From contig NMRA01000548.1 in assembly GCA_002633005.1 (NCBI GenBank), positions 1-64,000 on the forward strand: a DNA stretch of 64,000 nucleotides, read 5' to 3'. Below, piece by piece: positions 39,587-53,284 of this stretch (positions are counted from its first letter, which is position 1; each line of letters begins with the position of its first letter). The DNA comes from Phoronis australis (Eukaryota; Animalia; Phoronida). The translations under genes were made by a program, and so were the position numbers. The notes beneath the pieces were generated by a model. That model saw nothing but the letters and a program-made list of their open reading frames with translations, ran no database searches and was not told the origin of the DNA.

Positions 39587-41035
39587 GTCTTGGGTCCTAT
39601 TAAATCCAATTAAGTCTCCGGATTCAACAACAATGTGACGTTTCGTGAGAATACAATATTCCATTCTGTACTTAAAAACCACGCCTCTCGCACATAAGAG
39701 ATGAAATGCAAGCAAAATAAGAGTCAATTCACTTTCGATTAACAAACTATTCGACACATCCGTCTATACGTAAAAGGGGTCTTCTTGCTAGCGGTCAAAA
39801 CCTGTAGAAGGCCTAACTCAGCTTTAGCTTTGTACTGTTTACCTGCCTCTGCCAATAAAAGTAAAAGCTACTCTGAAACTCTCCCACTGGCCCTTCCCCT
39901 GTCCGCCCATCCATGGGACACCGTCCTGTCTGTCTGCCCACATGCCCCCTTTCATGGGCGGCGCAGCACTGAACTTGAAAAAATGGGGCGCTATAGCCCC
40001 CCAGCCCCCTATGGTGCGCCGCCCATGAGCCTTTTCCGTTCTCTCCCTTTCTCTCTGTTCATAAAAGGTGCGATATCTCCTAAAAGCTCATGTGGTGTGG
40101 ACGCGTATAGTAGGTCCAGATCATGTACAAAGGCACGTGTTTCTCTGACACAACATGGTGCCCAGCTACGTGTAATGAATCGCTTCAATATTCTGTTGAA
40201 AGTTGTAAACAGCGGAAGTGATTATCTCTGACCAAAACATTCTCAACTCACCAGGAGGTATTGAAATGTTTTCTTAATGAGATGAAAAAAACAAAAAATA
40301 TTTCCCTAANGTCTTGGGGCCTATTAAATCCAATTAAATCTCCGGATTCAACAACAATGTGACGTTTCGTGAGAATACAGTATTCCATTCTGTACTTAAA
40401 AACCACGCCTAGCTCGCACATAAGAGATGAAATGCAATCAAAATAAGAGTCAATTCACTTTCGATTAACAAACTATTCGACACATCCGTCTATACGTAAA
40501 AGAGGTCTTTTTGCTAGCGGTCAAAACCTGTAGAAGGCCTAACTCAGCTTTAGCTTTCTACTGTTTACCTGCCTCTGCCAATAAAAGTAAAAGCTACTCT
40601 TAAACTCTCCCACTGGCCCTTCCCCTGTTTGCCCATCCATGGGACAGCATCCTGTCTGTCTGCCCACATGCCCCCTTTCATGGGCGGCGCAGCACTGACA
40701 AAAATGGGGCGCTATACTGCGGCCCCCCAGCCCCCTATGGTGCGCCGCCCATGAGCCTTTTCCGTTCTCTCCCTTTCTCTCTGTTCATAAAAGGTGCGAT
40801 ATCTCCTAAAAGCTCATGTGGTGTGGACGCGTATAGTAGGTCCAGATCATGTACAAAGGCACGTGTTTCTCTGACACAACATGGTGCCCAGCTACGTGTA
40901 ATGAATCGCTTCAATATTCTGTTGAAAGTTGTAAACAGCGGAAGTGATTATCTCTGACCAAAACATTCTCAACTCACCAGGAGGTATTGAAATGTTTTCT
41001 TAATGAGATGAAAAAAACAAAAAATATTTCCCTAA
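39587..41035. repeat. ~720 bp direct duplication joined by a single N (probable assembly artefact)
   Basis: 39587-40309 matches 40311-41035 with SNPs and small indels; N at 40310. The ORF tail MSLFRSLPF...SDYL is identical in both copies. Confidence 0.9.
39953..40027. mobile_element. Miniature inverted-repeat element (second copy at ~40679-40753)
   Basis: Perfect 13 bp inverted termini CATGGGCGGCGCA ... TGCGCCGCCCATG. Confidence 0.55.
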
Positions 41036-44000
41036 ACTCCCCCGCTTAGCTGATCGTGGGCAATGATGCGCAAAGTGATCGAATTGACAGTTCAGTTTTA
41101 TTTCATGGCTCGTTACATGAACAGTTTTCACGATACATTTCAAAATCAGAACAAATTTTTGCAGCTGACACAAATTTACCACAATCATATAAAGAACAAA
41201 CAAAAGTCCCTTTTATTGAGACGAGCTACACTGTAGTGGTTTTGATCAGGGACGATAATTTCCTTCTTTTAAAGTAGGCGCTTGAGAAGATACCTAGATG
41301 AAGCCCTTCGGTGTTCTTTACTTTAGATGTCGTATTTGTGGTACTCAGCGCCACATTCACGGAACCCCTGATCAAAGGAGCTGGGTAATTGTGTTTGACG
41401 ACCAAAGTCTTAATGAACAACCTTGAATCGCGTGAAGTGACTGAGAGAACCAACACCGTTCCCCTCTGCAGTCCCGTCGATCTACTTGATGAGAAAGTCT
41501 GCAAAGCGAACAAAAACAAAGTACACGAGAAGAACAAAGACATTTGCAAATTTCTAGGAAATCTATAAACATCATAATTAGTAGCTGTGAAAAGTAATAA
41601 GGTCGCACACACACCAGTTTCATGTGCTAAAAACACACCTTCTGTCAAATAAACTAACTTGTTTTGGTCCACGCACCGCTGTAGAACTGATCTGAATTCC
41701 TTATTCAGATGATCAGCAATTTCTGGCAGTCCTTTTCGGTAAGCACTTTGCGTTCGTTCAGTGCTCAAAATCGTGCTCGACGTATAAAATGACCTCCCGA
41801 AATAAACCGACTTGTTGATCCAAGTCTCAAACAATTATGACTAGTCAGTTACTCTGAAGCTCAAAAGTCATTTCTAGACCACGTAAGGAATAATTTGAAA
41901 CCAGTTTTACAGCTGCAAATTATCTAATTCAAACGTTATTCCTTGTTGAAGCCAGATTTATAGCATCATTGACGTGAATACACCTGAGAGGATTCAAATT
42001 ATTTTCTACTTCGGTATAAAGGACGGGACCAGTGGCCTGTAATAGGGAATAAATTCATGTAACGCAGTCAACGTGACGGCGACTTTAAAATTCGTCTCGA
42101 AAACCTACTTCTGAATATACATTTTCCAGCTTTAACCATACACAGTTTTAATGATGATATGTAAACGACTAAAGCCCGGCCTACACATGCTCAAGTTTTG
42201 CTCGCAAACTTGGGCGAACTTTGTTGAGTTTGAAAACAAAAATTTGCCATTGCAGACAGATTGCCAAACATTACCAAACAATTTGTCGAAGACTGGTCGT
42301 CTCTCATTATAAAAACTAATTTGGTGGAAATCACCAATAAACACACAATTGTCCTCTAATTATCAGTGTCCAAAAACCAGCCTCCAGTGGAGAGGAGTAC
42401 CGTATAAATCAAAGCATACTTGAACACTAACCACAGACCGAGGTATTACACCCTTCACTGGAGGATATAAGCGGTTAACTAGTGTTTGTATTAAACAGGG
42501 TCCCACCCAGCAGCAATAGGCTCCCTAAAATGGTACTTTAAGATTGCTGCGAAAGGGCAGGCATCTTTTACTGATCGCGAGCGGCCCCCATAGCTGATCA
42601 AGCGCCAGGACCCTAAATTGTTAATCCGCAACTGGTTTGGTTGCAACCATCCCCTGAACATTTTTGAAACCTTGGGTAGTAGATACGTAACAATCGTTAG
42701 GGATACAATCAGTAGCTCCATCTCTAAGCGATGTCCTACACTCCACAGAAGATGTCTTTCCTTTACTTCGGTGACAACAGCGCTACTTAAGAACAGCAAA
42801 CCATTGCAAAATATTGCTTCCTTCATCTAACTCCCTCCAAATTCGTCAAGTATTTTTCAAATACTGCCAAAAACAATCGAGCAAGTTTTGAGGTTTGCAG
42901 GTGCAGACTGCTTGTCCAAACTGGCAAAAACATCGGCAACTCAAAGCCTAGTCATATTTGGTAGAGTTTACCAGAATAGACCGAACATTTTTGAGTACGT
43001 AAACCACACGAAACTCTGAAATTAAATCAGCACCCCTGGGAACTTATGAAGACCGGAGTACTCGAGGTGAACGACCGGCTACAATAACGATAAAGGAACA
43101 TCTAGCGATAGCCCCAAAAATGCCCAATAATTTTTGCCGATTGAAACTAAGCTGCGTTTTTATTTCATCTCATGGATCAGGAAAGCATGACCACCGTATA
43201 TCAGCGTCTTTACATGTAAGCATATACGTTTACTCGTGAAGCTTCGCTTATATTAACCGCACTAGGGCGCATGCAGACGTAGGTTCATGTAAAACAATTG
43301 AATAAAACCGAGAAGCAAATTTCTAAAATATCACGCCAGTGAAACTTGGCTTATTCGCTGCAGAATGACAGATGTTGATTGTTTACAGTTTACTAAACAC
43401 TGATTAACGTTTAATGAAAAGTATTGCAAAAGTGGTCAAAAGCCCACGACGTCGATAACAGCCATTTTAAGGCATGCTATCATATGCAACGAATATCCGG
43501 CTGCGACTACAAATAGAACTTAGGCGCGTAAAATCTTTAAAAAAACGCATTAATCCTGATATAGGTGCACGAGCGCCAGGTAACGCGCAAATACGGAAAT
43601 ACGTAATCTAAAGTTTGTGAATATTCAATGACAGCCAAACGTCAGGTTCATTACGATGGCAAACCACTGCACGGTATGTCACGTCGATGGCTGGTTGCAA
43701 GGAAACTTATGTAAGTGACGCCGCAAATTGACGGAAGTCAAGTAACAAAAACGTTTCACGATTCCTTCCCGAGACTCCGCCTAAACATTGAACCCGGCTA
43801 AGTTTAGTGTTCATCACTAAAGAGGCTCGAATACAATGGAATGGTTTGAGGAGATGTCGGTAAGTAATCAAACTGGACTCGTTAGGTATCTAACTAATTG
43901 GTGCAGTATTCATGGACTAAAACTCGCAGTGTCCCTAAACGCATTTGCAAGTAACACGATATCAAAGTTAACAGTCGGCAAACATGTCAAATTATTATGT

Positions 44001-47000
44001 TTACGGGCAATAACACCTGGTTGAGCCACAAACATCCCATGAGCCCTTGCGGCAATTCTCTAAACCGCGAGAGGTACACGAGAGTTTGTTTTGATTGGAT
44101 TGACAGCTCGACAGGTACTGTTTACAAAAAATCACTTAGTCAATGTAAACACATTTGCGACAATTGTGTCGGCTCCTAAATGCAACTGAGTCTTCTATTA
44201 TTAAATTCGAATGATCCTCTGGAGTGTTTTATCATCGGACAACAAGACAAGCACAACATGCTAAGAGGCCTGTTCTCGTTTTCATTTTTCTGGTAATCAC
44301 GACTAGTAGATTTACTTTTCCAACGATTCATCACGGGAGATATTTTCTATCACTGTGAAATCGCCACTGAGATATTTCGCATTTTAAGCAAAATTTGTAT
44401 GCATTATCTATGAGAGAATTTGATTTTCCATCAATTACGGAATTCCTTTAATAATTTTCGCGCCACTTTCGCCACGGCTCTCGACAACATTCTGTTTCAC
44501 ATACTTTCAAATAGCCTGGACGTTTTGTCCAGTGCCGCCGTATTAACACAGTTCCCCTTTGAAACATTTCTGCTTTGTTTCTCGTAATTGAAACCAAGAC
44601 TGGAGTTTTGATGTCTAATTAGTAAAACCATCAGACAGATTGCTGGCATGCTTTCTCTTCCATGTATTTAACAACACAATCAACGCGCAAGCCGCTAAAG
44701 AAAAGTACTGAAATGCACCGAATGACCTGAACAGATGCTTGCTGTGGTTAAGTGCTTGTCATCACATTAACAATTTCAATATAGTACTATTTGTCTTCCC
44801 TTATATTATGGCCAATATTTGCAGATCTGCACGAGCCTGTACGTCCCTGAGTGTTGGGTTAACATATGCTGCAGAGATTTACAATATTATCTCACTGCTG
44901 GAGCGTTGGATATTGTTTTGTTTATTGGACTCAGTTAAGCGCTTTTGACGACAAACGCCGTTATTCACGTTTCATCAGGAAAACGTTCGTATAATTTGCG
45001 TAACTCTCATGGAAACACATTCGGACAGCAATCGCACAACTGCTTACAAATGGTTTTTAATATCCCGCTGTCTCTCTTCTCAAACGGAAATATTACTAAA
45101 ACCAGAGAAAGAATTTGGAGTTGAATAATTGTACGTTATTTTACAAATTCTGAAAGAAAAGAATGAAAAAATGCTTTAAAACTTGTGTCCCAATGAAGAA
45201 ATCAGCCACACTCCTAAGTTTGGCATTAATGACAGTTTTTGATTAGTGTTTGCTGTCTTCCTTCAATGCCACAAGCAAGCCCTCGCCCGTAAGTAAATGT
45301 TGCGAGTCAACATGCACGCAACGTGGACGAGAGAAGCACACGTGCTATGATATTGACCTATTAGTAATTTGCCTAAGCGAAGGCGTCTTTATTATTCTAG
45401 GTACTTGAATCTACATGCATATATTCTTTTAACGAAGTGGCACTTTATTCACGCGTAAAACAAATTTGAAAGAAACAAGATAAACATCCCGGGTCAACTT
45501 TTAGTTAATTTCAGGTGGCCTGAAATCGACAAGCCACCTGTCAATCACTGTACACACGTACACCTGCATACACAAAACGTGACACCATCTTCCGGAGAAA
45601 TGTGATCGAGCTAAACTCGTCAGTGAACCAGTGACGCTCGCTAGCGTTATTAGCTGAAAACACCAGCAGTGCATTGCAGAACAACCGGGAGTCACTCAAT
45701 CTATTCTTAGGTCATTTCACGTCTTCTATCGAAATTTATCCTACTTGTAAAGGGGGATTGTTACCTTCTTGACTAGCACGTTTTACTATCTTTGAAACAT
45801 GCTTTGAGCCTGCTTAGCCTATTTAAAAAAACAATTCACTGAAGAAAAATGATAGATTTCCAAACCCCAAGGCCGCGACACTAAACAGGTTGTAGAATGC
45901 AAGCACTATGTGTCTGATCAGCTGAATCGCTGTTGTATCGGTTTCATTACAAGTTTCTGGCACCGTTGCTCAAATCAAATGGGAAATTGTTAGGAAACGC
46001 GACTTGGAAAACAAGTGGGCTGGCGTCTCGGCCAATGGAAAAGCAAGAAAACACAAGTTATTCGGACCGGCTGAAGTCACATTTCCAGCTTGAAGTAGGA
46101 ATTTACTGATAGAATAGATGTTGATAGCTGGCGCAGTTACATAGGATAAGGAATAGAATAGTTACCTATCGGCGACCTGTTTGTGACACGCACAGTTCCC
46201 GCCAGTACTCCCGACGACGAGTCCAGGACGGCCCCGAAAGCAAGGTCCGCAAAACAGCTCAAACAGGTCCCTATAATAATTTACTATTACCATGATTATA
46301 GAAAAGGCTCAAAATGATTCTTATAGCACATGTAAGTGGGATGTGTCAAACTGATCGAAAGCGCCTCCAAAACGGTAACGTTCGTCCTTAAAAGTAAGAG
46401 CAGTAGTCCCTGGTATCCGGATCACTCATTTTTGGTAGTCACTAGACTGACTTACAGCGGTCCCGTATTTTCAGAACCAGTTTCTTGACTGAATTACGGG
46501 CACTGAATTGGGTCTCAAAATGCGGAACCCCTGTAAGTGACTATTGCCCATTTTTGCAAATAGCTGTAATGAAGTAATTGACCCCGCGTTTGTCGGACAC
46601 ATTTCTGCAGGACATGCGCCTTATCCATCCCTACTGCAGATGCTTAAAAACAACTATTTTGTGTAGCATATTGTCGACCCAAAAGAAACAAAATGAGAAA
46701 ATTGACCCAACTCGACTAATTCGTGATTAGTCAAATGTTTTGCAATCAACCACCTCGAAAACGACTATTTCATATTCCCAAGGACATAGGCTTCAACGTT
46801 TCGTGAAGATATTGTTACAGTGTTCCGCCTAACTGCATGGTCAACTTCCTGGAGTGGTGAATTTTCGAGTGCCATGCGTATTTGGCAGAGTTGAATAAGG
46901 CAATTTATTTTAAGCAAAGGTTGCAACAATTAAAATAGTTTAAATTCTTTTGCATCCGAGACTTACTAGAATTTGACACCCTCCCCTGCACCTGAGCTCC

Positions 47001-50000
47001 GCTCAATCATTAGTGATGCTAATCTTTACACGTCAACCTTTCAACACACTCAAGATATCTTAATATAGGCCCGTTTCTAAGCAACCGCTAAACAAAGACT
47101 CAAAAACAATACCTTGGGTCGCTTTTCTTGTATATTGGCGCCTCTGAACAAATAGTTTGGATGGGATGTTCCACAATAGCAACACAAGGCAGCCCCACGA
47201 ATAGATAATGTGTCGTTTGCAGCCGTTGAAATTAGCTTCATCAACTGGTCTCGACTGAATGATGAAGACAATCCGACGTCACGGACATTCCAGTATTTAT
47301 GGTAGCTTTAAGTTGGCTATGTTTATACTTGACAGCCGATATACTTACTACACACTATGCAGGAATGTCTAGCTAAATTCTAAAATTAGCAGGTCGACTT
47401 GCGGGGTAACATTACTTCATTCATAAAATCCGCAAGTTAAGTTAGAATGAAAACGCAGCGAAAGTGAAAATGCACATGTCAAGAGTTATGGTTGCGCTCC
47501 CGATGTTTAGAAGACTTTCAGTAATTAAGGAATAAAAAGGTTCCCTGCTGGTCTACCAGTATCTTGCATAGTACATTCGGAATTAACAACTCTGGACTCT
47601 AACCCCAACATTGCGTAACGAAAACAGCGCTAACTTCGAAGCTAACACAATGGCGAGACATTTCAAACTCATGTTTTTCATCTTCCAACCCCAACACACT
47701 GAACAACACTAAAGTTCTTTTCCCTTGAGCACTCCTCTCGGTGAAGCTTTTTAAGCGCATATAGTGTGTATTCAGTGCTCTCAACCTCAGCGTTTATCAA
47801 TCGGTCATGTACATGTCACCTGTTGAAAAAGTTCGACTACGCCTCATCTGCAAAAAAGTTCATTTATTTAGCGTAAGTGCTTAGGAAAAGATGTTCCTCT
47901 ACGTGGCATTGAGTCTCGTGTTTATGTGGAACCGGATTACACCCAAGACACAAATCATAGCCGGCATTTTTTTTTTCTTCATGCATGACCCTCGAGGAAT
48001 GAAGTGACTGAAAGACGTTAACAGCTGAAAACGAGATGAGCGCAGAAACCGTTCTAAAAATTACAGGTAATGGCCGTGATTATCGCTAACGCTACCTGAT
48101 TCCGGACACGTGACCAAATAAACTAACACGTGTCAAAGATTCGGTTGCGCAAATTTTGACATTTATTGCTTCTTCAAAACTATTCAACGCCTTCGGGTCA
48201 TCGTAAATAGAATATTCCGACTATTATAAGAAACGAATGGCGAATATTTGTAAAGTCAAACAATTTTTGCAATTAATTCCTGTAGACAGGGAAACAGCCT
48301 ATGCAAAGAGCCAAAGTTCATTACTGCAATTCACAATTTGAAAAATCTGTTTGTCTTGCAGAGAGATGTTGGGTAACTGTCATCAACGGCTTACGTTAAT
48401 GGAACACTAAAATACACACAAAAAGTAATTTTGAGACGCTCGACAAAAAGGTGAAAACAGTCTTTTTCTGGAATGACGACATGACGCCTATCAACTGAAA
48501 CGTAAACAAATATTCACAATTACCGAGAATTTCAAAGGCTTTCAAATCTTGGAGCCAAGTTCTGTGTCTTTTGAGTCCAAATCTAAAATGGTTAAATGGT
48601 TATTCATCGATCGGTTTATTTATACTTTTTATACTATTCGTTCTTAATGGAAGGAAAGAAACGAGCCATTCAAATACATGTACACTTGCTCCCCCTTCAT
48701 ATCTGACATACGCTTGCGTGTGCTTCTGTTTAGAACGTTTACCGGAGCGTCAACCCAACAGGTGTCAAACTTGCGTTTGTACCTAACATGCACCTTACAA
48801 TTAATTGAATTACATAAGCGTTTTGACAAAGCGATGTTTTCTTTTCGCCTCTGCCATCATTCGAAGTGCCTGGGGCTAAACGACACGACAATGTCCCGGG
48901 GTGGCAAATGCGAACGATACCCCAATAGATAGCGGATGCCGTGAATTGTATAGCCGATTGTGTGGCAATAACCGGTCAACTGTGTGGCTGAACGAACACT
49001 GTTCCCAAACTCGAGTTGTAAAATAACTGTATATATGCGTTGTAATGAGTTGCAAGGAATCGACGTCCGACATGGTGTTACTTCTGGCGATCTAATCTCA
49101 GTGGGGTTTGTCTAACAAAGAATGAGACCGAAAATACTGGAATCCAGAAAACTATCCCACACGATTTAAATATCAGTCGTCGTCATCTTCGTCAGTTCCA
49201 AGATGTAATGAGACAAGGCTGAAGAACCTAAACTACGTTGGAACTGAAATTTAATCTGTCCACCAGTAACAGGAGTTGTCAATGTCGTCTCTGTTATGAG
49301 GAATGTGCTAGTATGTTAGCACCAAACTTACTTGGAAACTGTGGTGTATTCGTTAGTTTCACCTCCCAGGTTTCACTCATACCTAACAGAGACTTTTTGG
49401 AGGAAATGTTTGCACGCTAACATTAGCTAATTTAACTTGACTAGTAATATCGCCGTCAAAATACAAATGTGACAATGCCCTATAATTCAAGAGAGATTTA
49501 CACATAATCTTGGGTGTCAGTATGATTTTTATTCTAAATCTGCTGTGGGTTAAAGAAACGCAAACTAGACTTCAGACAATAAATTATTCACTAGCCTAGC
49601 GGCCTAATGACGTGGTTACACAGTAAATGTTAAAGGGTGGATGACAGCAGTGATTTAAAATTACACAGTCCCCTGAACAATGCTGTTGACGTCATGAAAC
49701 AATCAAACTTCAGCAAACCACCCCAGAGTCCAAAGACCTGGCCAAAATCAAAGTGAAAACAAACGAGTGTCTCAATGTCGTCTTCGCAAGTCAGTATCCC
49801 TGCATTGTAAACAGCAGTGACAAGATTTATCTCGAGGCATCGCTTTGCCACACTCCACAGTCATTTACTGGCGCATATTTCGTCTGTTTCTGTCACAAAG
49901 GAGGACGCACCCTCTCTAAATCACGGCAGTGAGATTTCCACGGACCATTCCCTTTCTATCAAATTCCAACCTTCCCATTCGCATGAGTCACTGGCAGAAC

Positions 50001-50777
50001 GAAATATTGTTTAATAAAGATTATGTTTGTTCACTTAATATAATTACACACGTTTTAGTGAGTCACGAGAATGTAATAAGCCGAAGAGAACAGTAGAACT
50101 TCACATCATTTAGATTTTCAACAAACGGTCAGCCTTCTTCGATCGGTCATTAAAGTTTCAATTCTGCTTCAGTTCCAGGGATTAATTGACCATACAATAA
50201 ATTTATACAGCCAAATCGAGAAGTGACATTTCAATCAACAATGTGTTAAACGATATACTTATTTATGTTTTATATTTCACTAAAATCAAAAAGAACAGGC
50301 CTAAACCAGAGGTTCAACATTTTGCACAAATACGTGAGAAGGATTTGACAAATTTTGAAGTGTTAAATGTGTACAGCACACGTGACAACGTGACTAAATT
50401 GGATTTTTTTCGTGTCAAACATGACCCAAAATTCCAGCGGTGTTGTGTTTTTTATTGGAAACCATGTGTTTCATCAAATCGGTTATATTAATCGTACTCA
50501 GACGTTTGTTTTATAATTTAAAACACTCGGGACAGAAACCACTGGCACTCAACGCGGCCAAGCGATGATCCCATTGGCAGCTCAAGCAAAAAACGTCTGG
50601 CAAATCAGCGCGCTCAGATAAGGTATGCCAGGCATGCGTAGTATGCGTTGCCGTAGCAACCAGGTCCGAGGAGTAGCCTGGGCGGAACTAGAAATATTCG
50701 GAAAAACCACAACGTGGGTGCTTGCTGCTCAGCGTTTCATCATGTTTGTTATTACATTCCAAGTGCAGACACTATGC

Positions 50778-50785
50778 TATATAAA
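50778..50785 (+). promoter_or_regulatory. TATA box of the Kunitz-domain gene
   Basis: TATATAAA lies about 225 nt upstream of the proposed ATG at 51003. AP-1 sites TGAGTCA (49984, 50059) and a CRE TGACGTCA (49687) lie further upstream. Confidence 0.5.
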
Positions 50786-51002
50786 GCCGAGCAAGCTATT
50801 CGGTGAAACAGATGATTTTGAACAGTCGCGTGGCAAACACTAGAACCTGTTGTGCGCTAGAGTAAGGCAGCTATATAGTTACGTACATAAATCATTTTAT
50901 CACTGAGCAGGGTAAAAATTCTTCAAGAGCTGGTAGCCGAACACGTGGGATTTTCAAAAAGGATTATTTACGCCGAGCGCTTCTTACGTGTACGCAGTGG
51001 CA

Positions 51003-53251
51003 ATGGATGCTACCGTGCTGACACTCCGTTTGACTGCTTTGTTGGTGAGTTGCTTTTTATAAATATTTCCAAGGTATTGCATCTTATGTGCAAATATTTC
51101 AAGTATAATGGTTCACACTAAAGTTGAAGATTTTACTGAAGCAAGAGATTCTACGGAAGGATTGTAAACTCAATAGGCCGAGTGTGTTTTCTAAGTTGTC
51201 ACGAAATTAAGTCCCAAGAAGTAAGGCCGGTTGTGCCTAGCCCTTGTCTGCGAGAATATTAAATATGCCATTAGCAAAATGTGCCATTAGCAGCGAATAG
51301 CGTAAAAACGAGGCAGGAATGATCATGAATAAAAACTAAAAGTTCTCGACCAAATCGCCATACAAAGCTCATATTGCAATTGTGTACAGTGTATATTGGC
51401 AATACACTTCGGGCGGACGGATTTCTATGCGCTGTCGCAACGGGAGCGCATTGCAATAATTGTATTTAGCGTTGCGCTAATTATCGGCGTTGATCTCACA
51501 AACTGGGCTAACAGAAGTAAACACCAAAGGTTGTGCCTATATAGCGGTCACAACCTACGTTGAGAGAATACGTAAGAGCACAGTGATTCATGGCAAAAGT
51601 TTGGCAGGCTGGGTCAAAATACCCAAAGGTATTGTACATGTATTGACACAACCGAGCGCTCAATTAGGAAACACGGCAAAATAATGTGTATACACAATCA
51701 AATTGTCAACAAGACGACACATGCAAGCGAATACAATTGATGACAGTAATACTGGCAGTCGATTGGAGGCAGGGTATTTTAGGGTTCTGCTCAGACGGTA
51801 TCAGTGCTCTAGCAGTGTATGGAAATTTAGTTGTCATACCGCATGCTTCACTCTTCTTTGCAACTGCGAATCGTCCTCAATGAGGAAACTGGAAAACACG
51901 AACCGCATCACCTTATAAGTGTTTTTGATTACCAGCTGTGCCCATTTGCACATATGTGTTGCCTATAAATTTGTTTGATGAACACTTTCATGTCCCCCAT
52001 TCAGATAAACTTTACTTTTGGCCATCCGCTGACAACGTGACGCGAATTAACAACTTGAGGCACTTGTCACGTGGGATTGTTCCAGCTGCTAAAACAACAT
52101 TAAGAAACATTTTCCAACACTGGGTATACATTTCACTTGTCACCGCATTAATTCATCTAACATTGGAATGTAACACACACGATGCAGAGCACGTACGTAA
52201 TGAGACGTAAGACAATGATGGGGGAAACTTTTAAACAGACCACTACGAAGTTTAGGCCACATGTATAATTTTTGGAAAGCCGGACCACGTGTTTGAGCCT
52301 TCAGGGTGTGAGCAGGCGTTCGTAAAGGCCGGTTGAGCGGTTGTACTACTGCCGAACACACATTAGTAGAGGACAAAACTTCCAGTGTAGGGAAGTTCAT
52401 ATATACATGCATGTACATGCCACTGGCACCAAATTGCAACGAACACCCCCGAGTTCGTGCTGCAATGTTACGTACCTTCTCCAATTGAATTTCCCGTGCA
52501 ATTGAGAGGGAAATCTTAGAGTGGAAATATTTTGTTTTGTGCTATGTACAGCGAAGAAGAGGGGTTGGGGGCTCCAGTGGTCTTCAAGTCGCCATGCGCT
52601 CCAATACAAAGAAATAACGGTGAATTTGTTAGCTAAGATTTAACACTTTGCTCCAAATTTACAGCCTCTGTCTGAGAAATTTCTTAAAAATCACCTGGTG
52701 TCCTCAGCTAACTGGCAGAGTAATGCCATTGCTCCTAACCGTTCTTGCGGTGCACTGATTGGTCATGTGAGGTACACAATCTCAATGCAAATTCGCCTTT
52801 GCCCACAGAGTAGTTGCACCAGCTATGAGCTACACCACTTAGCTAGAGATTTTTCATAGGCCATTGTAATTGCTCACTAGTCATTATTATATACCCACCA
52901 AGCAGTCTCGACAAATAACGAACTGCAAGACCAAAAATTAGGTCTCATCTGAGTAAGGAACAAGCTGAGACTAACTTTATCATAGCGGTTAATGGTCAAA
53001 AGCAAAAGTTAGTTTCGTCAACGAAACGCGTATGAACTGCTGCTTTAAATTTTAACCATTGGTTAAAAGCGGTCATGGAAACGCATTCTAGGAATACAGG
53101 AATAGAAAAAAGGTGAATACCATATTCATGTTCCTGACCTCCATTGTGCGGAAGCGTGACAAGAAAACGAGTTACCAACAGATTCTTGGGTTCCTTCCAG
53201 AGTATTTCTTTACCTTGGAACCATGACAAAATGTAATCGAGGATAACAGAT

Positions 53252-53284
<33 letters not shown>

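Noticed and set aside
39785-40231. 148 aa ORF
   Set aside because: It runs through a GC-rich MITE, and the corresponding 5' part is disrupted in the second (allelic) copy.
41226-41834. Longest ORF in the track (202 aa, minus strand)
   Set aside because: Non-ATG start, no recognisable motif, composition typical of random AT-rich sequence, and no splice-consistent partners found.
42370-42720. Telomerase RNA or H/ACA RNA on the minus strand (hairpin-ATACAA-hairpin-ACA, CCCTAAC)
   Set aside because: The template-like match is only 7 nt, no pseudoknot or P6.1 could be built, and wobble pairs favour the + strand. Kept only as an unassigned structured RNA.
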